Positions 1 to 10,900 of a stretch of 64,000 nt of DNA are shown here, piece after piece. Source of the stretch: Balanoglossus misakiensis. Its lineage: Eukaryota; Animalia; Hemichordata. Position 1 is the first letter of the stretch, and each line of letters starts with the position of its first letter. Where the stretch lies: NCBI GenBank assembly GCA_040954595.2, contig CM082580.2:362783-426782 (forward strand), given 5' to 3'. The notes under the pieces are model-generated. The model saw only the letters and a program-made list of their open reading frames with translations, was not told where the DNA came from and did no database searches. Made by a program: the position numbers and the translations under genes.

Positions 1-75
1 GTATTTCTATTCTGTGTATCAATTATAGTTTCTTGTTCAGCTACGCAGGGCAGAGTTAAATCCATAGTCTTAACA
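1..75. mobile_element. Non-satellite sequence ending ...TAACA, possibly the terminus of an LTR element inserted in the satellite
   Basis: Unique sequence abuts the satellite sharply (…gtcttaaca|gtcgaaaatttg). AACA/TGTT matches typical LTR termini, but only 75 bp is visible. Confidence 0.3.
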
Positions 76-960
76 GTCGAAAATTTGTCATTTTTTGATG
101 ATTTTCACCAATGTTGTTTTTAAAAAATCGACGAACCCATGATTTTTTTCAAAATCGACGAAATTTTGAGATTTTGCAAAGTCGAAAATTTGTCATTTTT
201 TGATGATTTTCACCCATGATTTTTTTCAAAAATCGACGAAATTTTGAGATTTTGCAAAGTCGAAAATTTGTCATTTTTTGATGATTTTCCCCAATGATTT
301 TTTTCAAAAATCGACGAAATTTTGAGATTTTGCAAAGTCAAAAATTTGTCATTTTTTGATGATTTTCACCCATGTTTTTTTTAAAAAAATCGACGAACCT
401 ATGATTTTTTTCAAAATCGACGAAATTGTGTGATTTTGCAAACTCGAAAATTTTGTCATTTTTTGATGATTTTCAACCATGATTTTTTTTCAAAAATCGA
501 CGAAATTTTGAGATTTTGCAAAGTCGAAAGTTTTGTCATTTTTTGATGATTTTCACCCATGATTTTTTCAAAAATTGATGAAATTTTGAGATTTTGCAAA
601 GTCGAAAATTTGTCATTTTTTGATGATTTTCACCCATGTTTTTTTAAAAAAAATCGACGAACCTATGATTTTTTTCAAAATCGACGAAATTTTGTGATTT
701 TGCAAACTCGAAAATTTTGTCATTTTTTGATGATTTTCACCTATGATTTTTTTTCAAAAATCGACGAAATTTTGAGATTTTGCAAAGTCGAAAATTTGTC
801 ATTTTTTGATGATTTTCACCCATGATTTTTTTCAAAAATCGACGAAATGTTGAGATTTTGCAGTCGAAAATTTGTCATTTTTTGATGATTTTTACCCATG
901 ATTTTTTTTCAAAAATGGACGAAATTTTGAGATTTTGCAGTCAAAAATTTGTCATTTTTT
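76..960. repeat. 78-bp AT-rich satellite array (left block)
   Basis: Tandem copies of cacccatgatttttttcaaaaatcgacgaaattttgagattttgcaaagtcgaaaatttgtcattttttgatgatttt plus ~28-bp truncated units ending gacgaacc. Confidence 0.97.
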
Positions 961-997
961 AGGTCCCATTGGTATAGGCCTATATACCATGGGACCT
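961..997 (+). other. Helentron 5' terminal hairpin containing the 5' subTIR
   Basis: aggtcccat-t-ggtata (961-976) pairs with tataccatgggacct (983-997): 15-bp stem, one bulge, 6-nt loop. Confidence 0.9.
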
Positions 998-1012
998 TAT
1001 GGGATGGGTTGC

Positions 1013-1080
1013 GTCTGTATGTATGTATGGATGGATGTATGGATGTATGGATGTATGGATGTATGTCTGTATGTCCGTCC
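1013..1080 (+). repeat. GTAT/GGAT/GTCY tetranucleotide microsatellite next to the Helentron 5' end
   Basis: gtctgtatgtatgtatggatggatgtatggatgtatggatgtatggatgtatgtctgtatgtccgtcc. Same position as the microsatellite in DINE-1/HINE-type elements. Confidence 0.9.
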
Positions 1081-1500
1081 ACATCAAAAACTTGAAAACC
1101 GCTGCGCGTATCACCTCAATATTTGGTGTGTAGGTGCAGGCTGGGCTGTAGATTGGAGTTTGTCCAAACGAAGTTGCCAGGCCCAAAAATATGCAAATTA
1201 GCTGGTAAAATGTGGAATTGATCAAAACTCTGTAAGTCAACAATTACTGGTCAGATTGCTTTGAAAATTGGTATGCATGTACCATATGTCAACCTCACAC
1301 CGACCTTTTAGTGTTAAGTTGATATCATGGATGTTTTATTTTTAAAGATTTTTTAGTCTTTTTATTAAATTTATACCTTTACTTATACCTCTATGGTTAA
1401 GCTATGTCCACGTCTTATTGTGGGATTCTGGTCTGTGCAATAGTCCTGTACAGTGATTGTCTATTGGTCAGTGAGCACAATGGGGCCAAAATAAAAGGGA

Positions 1501-2456
1501 AATTTTTGGGCTCACCTGTAACACCTGCTTAACACATTAATTATGTGCATACCTAATTCCGGGCTAACTAATAGGGCTAGAGGTTTTGTTCTGGTGGGAC
1601 ATGGACCAGTATAGGGTCAAAATTTCTTGCCCAAATTTTGGGTGACCTCAGGTGACCTTTGACCTACTTTCCTATATCTCGGCATCCAGAGCAGGTACAG
1701 AGTTGGCGTTTGGAGGGTTGGGACTGAAATTGAAAAGCCGAAATTGGGGGTCACCAGTGACACCTGCATATCTCATTAATTATGTGCATACCTAATTCCA
1801 GGCTAACCAATAAGGCTATAGGTTCGGTTTTTGTTGAACATGGACCAGTATAGGGTCAAAATTTCTTGCCCAAATTTTGCATGACCTCAGGTGACCTTTG
1901 ACCTACATTACCAAATCTTGACATCCAGAGCAGGCACAGACTTGGCGTTTGGAGGGTTGGGACTAAAATTGAAAAGCCGCAATTGGGGGTCACCTGTGAC
2001 ACCTGCATATCTCATTAATTATGTGCATACCTAATTCCAGGCTAACCAATAAGGCTATAGGTTCGGTTTTTGTTGAACATGGACCAGTATAGGGTCAAAA
2101 TTTCTTGCCCAAATTTTGCATGACCTCAGGTGACCTTTGACCTACATTACCATATCTTGACATCCAGAGCAGGTACAGACTTGGCGTTTGGAGGGTTGGC
2201 ACTAAAATTGAAAAGCCGCAATTGGGGGTCACCTGTGACACCTGCATATCTCATTAATTATGTGCATACCTAATTCCAGGCTAACCAATAAGGCTATAGG
2301 TTTGGTTTTTATTGAACATGGACCAGTATTAGGTCAAAATTTCTTGCCCAAATTTTGCATGACCTCAGGTGACCTTTGACCTACTTTATCATATCTTGGC
2401 ATCCAGAGCAGGTACAGACTTCGCGTTTGGAGGGTTGGGACTGAAATTGAAAAGCC
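1501..2456 (+). repeat. Four-copy 239-bp internal tandem array of the Helentron
   Basis: ttatgtgcatacctaattcc recurs at 1541, 1780, 2019 and 2258. Each unit carries tgacctcaggtgacctttgacct. Confidence 0.95.
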
Positions 2457-3798
2457 TGTGACCGACATGTAAGTGTTCAGTTGATATCATGGATGTTTTA
2501 TTTTTTATGAATTTTTTCGTCTTTGTCAATATTTTAGGTGAAAACAAATTTTTCTGAAAGTTATGGGTCAATGGCTTTAAAATTTAGAATGAAGCTTGGT
2601 ATACTGAAAGGCAATTGAGGTCATTTTGGGGCAATTTGTTGCATAATTTGCATATTTGTAATTTTGGGGATATTTGGTCAAAATTCATTTCAAGTTAAGG
2701 TGTCGTGAAAGTATGGTGACATTCCCATAATTGTGTTCTTGGTGCATTTTTTGCAATTTTTTGCCAAAAATTGGTTTCTATGAATCCACTTGGCAGATTG
2801 CTGTGCATGTTGTAGGCATATTTCTTATGGTGACTGAAGTAAGACATTGTACTGTGCTGTGGATATTTGCATATTTCTGGTTTTGCCTCTATGAACAAAT
2901 CCAGTGCTTTGAAAGGTACTCTTTACATGAGGACACTTTGGTTTGTCCATTTTAGCTGTTTGCCTTTCTGTTTCATCGTTTTTGTGTAATCTATTCCCTG
3001 ATACACCCAGTCCTAAGTGCAATCTCTCCTAGAGTGTACATGAGCTGATTATGTCACAGTTATATTTGTGTATCGAAATAACCTTGGGGCAGTGTAGCAC
3101 ACACCATACTTATGTAGGTGTAGCAGCATTGGAAAGACTGCTTGATTTTCTGTAGTTGAAAGAACACACAGGAGTAGCTCAAAACATGTGTTGGCATTAT
3201 TGTAATAACTTTAGATCTGTTGCTATCTAAACATATTGTTTGCACTATTGCACTATATTATTGTTGACAAACCTCTCAACGTAAGGCGGTGCCAGTATAC
3301 CCTATGCTGTAATTGCGGATTCCAAATTCTTGGCTGTTATCTGCTGACTTTGAACCCCAAAGTATCAAGCTACTGTTGCCAGCAATGTGAGGGAGTAGTG
3401 GCAGTGCCAGGAACAGCCTAATGAGCAGCCACTTCCTGTCATTGTTTTGGAACAGTTAGAGACTTAACCAGCTCTTGAAGAATCACTTTTTATCAAATTG
3501 CAGGTAATTATATTACATATTCTATTTTTCAGCTGAAGTTTTTCATAGTGTTTCTCTATTTTGGAAGTCCTAGAACATGTGATGGTCATATTGATGTTGT
3601 AGTTTCAATTACTCCTATAAAAATGATGGAAATATATGTTGTGTGAGTATGTTAAAATTAAGCAATTGTACATGTTACATTTTTGCCAGGCTTTTACTTG
3701 CATATTATCTAGGCAGTTTCAAGTTGTCTAACCAATGATGTTAAAATGCTGTTATTGATATTATCACATTCTTGTCTTTTGCTACTAAGGTCAGAATT

Positions 3799-3843
3799 AT
3801 GCCAAGGAAAAAGGATTGGAGAAAATCAGCTGTGAAAAAATCG
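3799..3843 (+). CDS. Putative first coding exon of the Helentron transposase (MPRKKDWRKSAVKKS)
   Basis: ATG at 3799 follows an acceptor (…ctactaag|). The donor TCG|gtatgt at 3844 is phase 0, matching the phase-0 acceptor tttaaacag|GCT at 4920. The peptide is basic and NLS-like. Confidence 0.55.
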
Positions 3844-4919
3844 GTATGTGTGTATTTGCATACTATAAAATTGTACATACTTGTAAACAGGAAAAGGAGT
3901 TCTTCATTTGAGCAGGGGAAAGTTGGTCAACGTCACTGTTTGGTCGCAGGGTAGGCTTTTAGCAGCTAGTCCGTAATGATCAGTAAAATCGAAAGTAACG
4001 TTATGTCTTCAATTTTGGATTATTGGCTTCTCATGTCACTGCGTTTGCTTTTGAAATACAAGGCCATGAATTTTGTTGATAATTGAGGAAAATTGCTGAG
4101 TCAGCATATTCAGTGAGGGTGTATCTATGGGCGAAACACTTGTAAAGTTTATCTAAAAAAAATACAGTGACCAAACGATATTTGATGGATGCATTTATTT
4201 CTATTTGATTGAGCTATGTGTAATATTTCATAGAAATAGTAGAAGTGAGTTTTCTAGGTATTCTCAATGTAATTATATGGGAAAAGTCATAGGCACAAAC
4301 CTTTTCCAGTTTTGAAGTTTGTTTTAAACTTGGTAGTTTCAGAGTAGATAGAGGGTACGTTCAACTTTCCAGACTAAATTTGTCAGGTGAAGTGTGTGGT
4401 TTCAAAAGGTTCAACTGGAAAAGATTTATGTGGGAAAGTTTTATTTGATATGGAACTTTGTAGAAAGGTGAGGTTTGTAGGTGATATAATTTCAATGTTG
4501 CAATGAGCTTTCGAATGATTGTGAAACATGAGTGTAAGACAATGTTATGGCAGGCCAACCCTGTGCCGCTAGTAGTTTTTGATGAGGTGGCGTGACAATA
4601 GCCATGTTACTAATTTGTGCAATGTCTTTGTCCACATGTGATATACAAATATTATGCAAGTAGCTAAATTTTGCAAAATGTATTGAAATTACAACAAATT
4701 TATACAAAAGCTTAATTGAACACATTTGCAATGTAAATACTAGTGATAGTACTTAAATGTACATGATATACACAAAACCAATTTGAATATGATGCAAAAT
4801 TGACCTGTCATTGGCTCTCATTGTCATAGTACTCATCAGGGGTCAAATAATGACATGTGATGGAAATTAAAGGTAACTGTATTTTCTAATTGTCGCTTAT
4901 CTTGTTTATTTTTAAACAG

Positions 4920-7900
4920 GCTGATGGACCAATCATATCAGCTGGGTCTGATTCTGGTTTGGGTGGATCCAGTAAAGTAAAACACCCTGTGCTACAAGGA
5001 ACATTCAAGAAGTCAGATTCGTACGGCAATGCCAATAACAATACATCAATATCGTCAAGCATAGAACCATACAGCAATAATATGTCTACATCTTCAAGTA
5101 CCATTATCAAAAGTTTTAATGCCACTCAATCAGTTACAACCTTCAATAAGAATTCTTCGACCAGTGTGTCAAATCAAAATTCCTCTTGTGTATACTACAG
5201 TGCAAATGATGCACATGACAAACAAGAATTATACTCCTCTCACAATAGTCACACTTTACACTGGGAAAGTTACACAATAGACAGTGTACTCCAAGGTAGT
5301 TTTCATCAAGGCAATGATATTTTCAGCATAAATTCACGAGGTAGACAATGTACTTGTAATGCCCTTGCTTTCCTTTGCATATCAAAAGAAAGAGAGATGA
5401 CATTGACATCTAATGACTTAGATCACATTTTACATGCTGGTGATAATTTATACATTAAAACCACAAATGACCTCAGAGCAAGTAATAAATTATTTTCTGA
5501 AATACTAATGTGTGATGAATTGCCAAATACTGTTCACATGAATTCTGTGCAGTTCAATATTACACAAGGAAGACTGTACTTTGGTATGTTAGACTGTATG
5601 TCTGACTATGATGAACAAGGATGTATGGTGTTCAGAGATGCTATGATTAACATGTTCAATTCTAGTAACTCAGTTATGTTAATACTTGGTGGCTACAGCA
5701 TGGCCCTTTCTGCAACAGATGGCAAATACTTCGTATTTGATTCTCATAGTCGAAACTCACATGGTTTCCAATGTTCTGACGGTTCAAGTATGGTATTGAG
5801 TTTTCCGACTCTAAATGATTTAACAAACTATTTGTATTCATTATTTCATAACCTTAACTTCAATAACATGACACCTTATGAACTTCAAGAATTAACCATT
5901 CATATAGAGAGTTCATCTTCTCAGAGACTGTATCAACGGACTCAAAGGCATTCAGACCTGTTAGACAACTATTTCGAGTCACAAAAACAATTACAAGCTA
6001 ATAAACAGTGTATGCAAACTTCTAATACCATTGATGCACTTCCATCAGGTTCATGTAGAAGAAAATCAAGAAAGGTATATGACAGAGAATACAAACGGTT
6101 GAAAAGACAGGATCCTTCATTTAAAACCAATGAAAGAAAGAGAGACAAGGAGAGGAAATGTGCACAAAGACAAAATCCTGACTTCAAAGAGAGAGAAAAG
6201 TCAAAAGTGCAAGCACATATAAAGACATTGCGCCAGAATGTAGAATACAGAGACAGAGAAAAGTTATCTCAACAATATCAAAAAAGAACAATACGTGCAA
6301 ACCCACAATATAGAAAGAGAGAAAAGGAAAAATTGCAATCACACATACAAATCCTGCGTCAAAATCCTTCATTCCAAGAGAAAGAGAAGGTGAAATTAAA
6401 CTCACACAAGCAAACTCTGCGTCAAAATCCTGTATTCCGAGAGAAAGAGAAGGTCAAATTGAAATCACGCATTTACACTCTGCGTCAAAATCCTGTATTC
6501 CGAGAGACAGAAAAGGTGAAATTAAACTCACACAAGCAAACTCTGCGTCAAAATCCTGTATTCCGAGAGAAAGAGAAGGTCAAATTAAAATCACGCATTA
6601 ACACTCTGCGTCAAAATCCTGCATTCCGAGAGAAAGAGAAGGTGAAATTAAACTCACACAAGCAAACTCTGCGTCAAAATCCTGTATTCCGAGAGAAAGA
6701 GAAGGTCAAATTGAAATCACGCATTAACACTCTGCGTCAAAATCCTGCATTCCGAGAGAAAGAAAAGGTGAAATTAAACTCACACAAGCAAACTCTGCGT
6801 CAAAATCCTGCATTCCGAGAGAAAGAAAAGGTGAAATTAAACTCACACAAGCAAACTCTGCGTCAAAATCCTGCATTCCGAGAGAAAGAAAAGGTGAAAT
6901 TTAAAGCACACATTAAAACTTTGCGTCAAAATCCTGCATTCCGAGAAAAAGAAAAGCCAAAACTGAAAGAACACATTAAAAGTCTGCGTCAAAATTCCAC
7001 ATTTCGACAAAATGAGAAAATACAGTCACAGGCACGTATCAAGACTTCACGCAAAAGTAAAACCTTCAAAGAGCACGAAAACAAAAAGCAACAGATCTAC
7101 AGAAAAATGAAGAGACAGGATAGAAACTTCAGAAAAAAAGAAAACTTACAAAAGAAGTTTGTGAAATGCAGTGAAAAAATTCAAACATTTCAAATTGACA
7201 AAAAACAACATGTTACACACAATGGTTTTAGCAAACATAGAGGTTTTGAGACCCGACAATTATGCGGGGAATCGTTGCAGGCATGCATAAATATATTTCA
7301 TAGAACTGTATCACAAGGCCCTGTCTATGTCTGCTCATCATGTCATCAAACTTGGTTCAGAAAATCTGTTACTCCTGCTGCCAAATTATCTGAACGAGGC
7401 ATTGCATCAAAATGTTTGACTGCATACACTTCTGTTGACAATATAGAGTGGGTGTGTAACACATGCTACAGATCCATATCTGCTGGTAAAATCCCCAGAT
7501 TGTCTATAGCTAATAATGTTAATTTCCCTGATATTCCACCACAGTTACAGTTGCACCCTTTGGAAGAAAGATTGATAGCACTCAGAATTCCATTCATGCA
7601 TATGTGCAGTTTGCCACGTGGAGGTCAAAGGTCATTATCTGGTCCGGTAGTCAATATTCCAACAGATATCACCCCTACTGTTAATGCTCTGCCAAGAATG
7701 CTAGATGATTCAGCTACTATACCAGTCAAACTGAAACGAAAACTATCGTACACGCGAAGTGAATTTACAGAAAATATTCGACCAAATAAAGTGATGGCAG
7801 CACTTGTGTGGCTCATGAAAAACAGTGTTTTGTACCAAAATTCAGGTATTCCAATTAATCACAACTGGTCTCAGGAATTTGAAAACACAGATAATGATAT

Positions 7901-10900
7901 GGCTGTATTTATTGAAAATACAAACACTGAACAAGAGCAAGCTGATGATCCTGAATCTGAATCAGATTCTGATTCTGATAAATTCAGTGAGGTTGATCCA
8001 GCAGAGGGAGCTGTTGCTAATATGGACACTTTACTTGATGATTCAGATTATCGTAATCAAATTTTAACATTTGCCCCTGGTGAAGGTCAACGCCCTCTTA
8101 GTCTGTTCAATGATACAGATGCAGAATATCTAGCCTTTCCAACTATATTCTGTGGACAACGCAGAAATATTGATCAAATCCACACCTCAAATGTACATTA
8201 CAGTGATGTTTGTAAATGGGAATTGCGTAATGTTGATAGACGCGTTGCAAACTCTGTACCAAATATGTTTTTCAAAGTGAAGAAACTGCAGTTAAAACAG
8301 ATCAGTAGTAAAGTCCACCTTGCATTGAGACGATGTAAAACTGAAGGCAGAACTTACAAAGTTGCAGATTTATTAAATCCAGAAAGAGTAAGTGATTTAC
8401 TTAGACTTGATGACGGATTTTACATATTCAGAGATTTGCGCAATTCACCACCCTATCTAGAAAAGAGGAAGAAAGATGTATTTGCAATGATTAGACAACT
8501 TGGTTTACCAACATGGTTTTGTTCTCTGTCTAGTGCTGACACAAAGTGGATTGACTTACATCAAATACTGGGTACACTTGTAGATGGTAAGAAATATACT
8601 GCTGATGAACTTAAAGCCATGGATTGGGCTACAAAGTCCAGGTTACTTCAATCTGACCCAGTGACATGTGCTCGTTTCTTTGACCACAGAATTCATGAAT
8701 TCATCAATACAGTACTTAGAGGTCCATGTGATCCATTGGGCAAAATCACTGATTACTTCTACAGAGTGGAATTTCAACAACGTGGCTCACCACACATCCA
8801 TATGCTAATGTGGATTGAGAATGCACCAAATTATCAACAAAACACACCAACAGAAGTGATTGATTTCATTGACATATATGTATCTTGTTCTTCCAATGTA
8901 CCAAGTGAAATGGCTGAAGTATTGAATCTGCAGACACATAAGCACTCTAAGACATGCCGAGTAAAAGGCAAACCTGTATGTCGTTTTGGATACCCAATGC
9001 CTCCTATGTCAGAAACAATGATTCTCTCACCATTAAATGCTGATCCAGATGAAGAACAACATTACAAACAGAAATATGAAGAAATCAAACAAAAACTGGA
9101 TGATATGAAAGAAGGCAAACCAATATCATATGATGACTTCCTATCTACTGAGCTGCAAATCAGTCATGATGAATACATAAAATGCATTCAGAGTTCACTC
9201 AAAACTACCGCAATATTTCTCAAAAGAGAACCAAGTGATTTACGTGTCAATGCCTACATGAAATTATTATTGTCTGCATGGGGAGCAAATCATGATCTAC
9301 AGTTTGTTTTAGATCCATACGCCTGTGCCATGTACATTGTATCCTATATCAGTAAATCCCAAAGAGGCATGAGTGCATTACTTGACCAAGCATGCAAAGA
9401 AGCCAGAAAAGGCAATATGGAACTGAAAGCACAGGTCAGACATATTGGAAATAAATTCCTTAACAATGTAGAAATCAGTGCACAAGAGGCTGCTTACATC
9501 ATCCTGCAGTTGTCACTTACTAAAGCTACAAGACAAGTGGTATTTATAAACACATCACCACCTGATCAAAGAACATTCCTGCTCAAAAGCAAAACTGCCC
9601 TTGAAAATACACCAGCAGAATCTACTGACATAGAAAGTGACAATCTAATCAAACGTTATGCTAGACGGCCAAAAGCATTAGAAAATTGGTGTCTTGCAGA
9701 TTATGCATCTAAACTTAGAGTCACATATTCAACCAAATGCACTGATAATTATCCACAAGATATAAATGATGATGATCATGATGACCCTGATTTAGGTGTG
9801 GACTCAGAATCTGACAATATGACAAGTAAAATAAATATCATTCTCAAAAATGGTATGAAAATACAAGAACGTGTAAATCCGTGTATAATACGCTATGTCA
9901 ATTATAGTAAGAAAGTTGACTATGAAAATTACTGTCGTGAAAAATTGTTGCTGTACATGCCATGGAGAAATGAAAGCTCTGACCTTCTAAACAGTTGTGC
10001 CACCTTTCAAGAATCTTATAATCATAACAAACACATTATTGCACAAACCATAGATAAGTATGAACATAATTCAGAGTTGATAGATCAAGCCACTACAGCT
10101 GCAGAGCAACTTGATAATGATGATTTAAATGCATTTGATCAGATTGCTCCAAATACGCAACATGCTGAGAGAGATGATCTAGAAGAAGGAACTACTACAC
10201 CAAATGATCATTTCATATACTTTCAACCTGATGACCAACCAGAACATACCACTTATGATATAGGTGTTGACATTGGTATGAATACGACTGTCACCACTGA
10301 TGACACCAGCAACGTCCCAGGACGTATCCCTGATGAACAATATCACAAACTTGTGAGATCTCTCAATGTAAAACAAAGGGAAATATTTCATCATGTTTTG
10401 AAATCAGTCAAGACAAATCATGATCCAATGCATATATTTATCACAGGGGGTGCTGGTACAGGAAAGTCAGTTGTAATCCGAGCAATATATCAGGCATTAC
10501 ATCGCTATCTGTGTTCAATTGCTGGTGAATCACCACTCGACTGTCGTTTATTGTTATGTGCGCCAACTGGTAAAGCAGCCTATCATATCAATGGTAGTAC
10601 TATTCATGCAGCTTTCAAAGTACCTGCAAGTCAAGGTTATAAATACAAACCACTGGATAGCGATAAACTTAATACTTTGCGAAGTAAATATCAACATTTA
10701 TCAGTTGTAATCATTGATGAAATCAGCATGGTAGGCCATGAGCTTTTAAATTTCATAAATCTCCGACTTCAACAAATAAAAGGTAACAATCAAGTATTTG
10801 GTGGTGTTTCAATGATAACTGTTGGTGATTTATTTCAACTCAAACCAGTAATGGATGGCTGGATATTCAAAGACCTAACAAAAGAGTATGGCCCATTAGC

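Noticed and set aside
76-960. CRISPR-like regular repeats
   Set aside because: There are no unique spacers and no cas genes, and the context is eukaryotic with spliceosomal introns.
935-1243. ORFs with MDVW/HPYI repeats
   Set aside because: They are translations of the microsatellite and terminal hairpin.
5270-5910. Endogenous herpesvirus
   Set aside because: Only the DUB domain is present, fused in-frame within the Helentron ORF, and there are no other viral genes.
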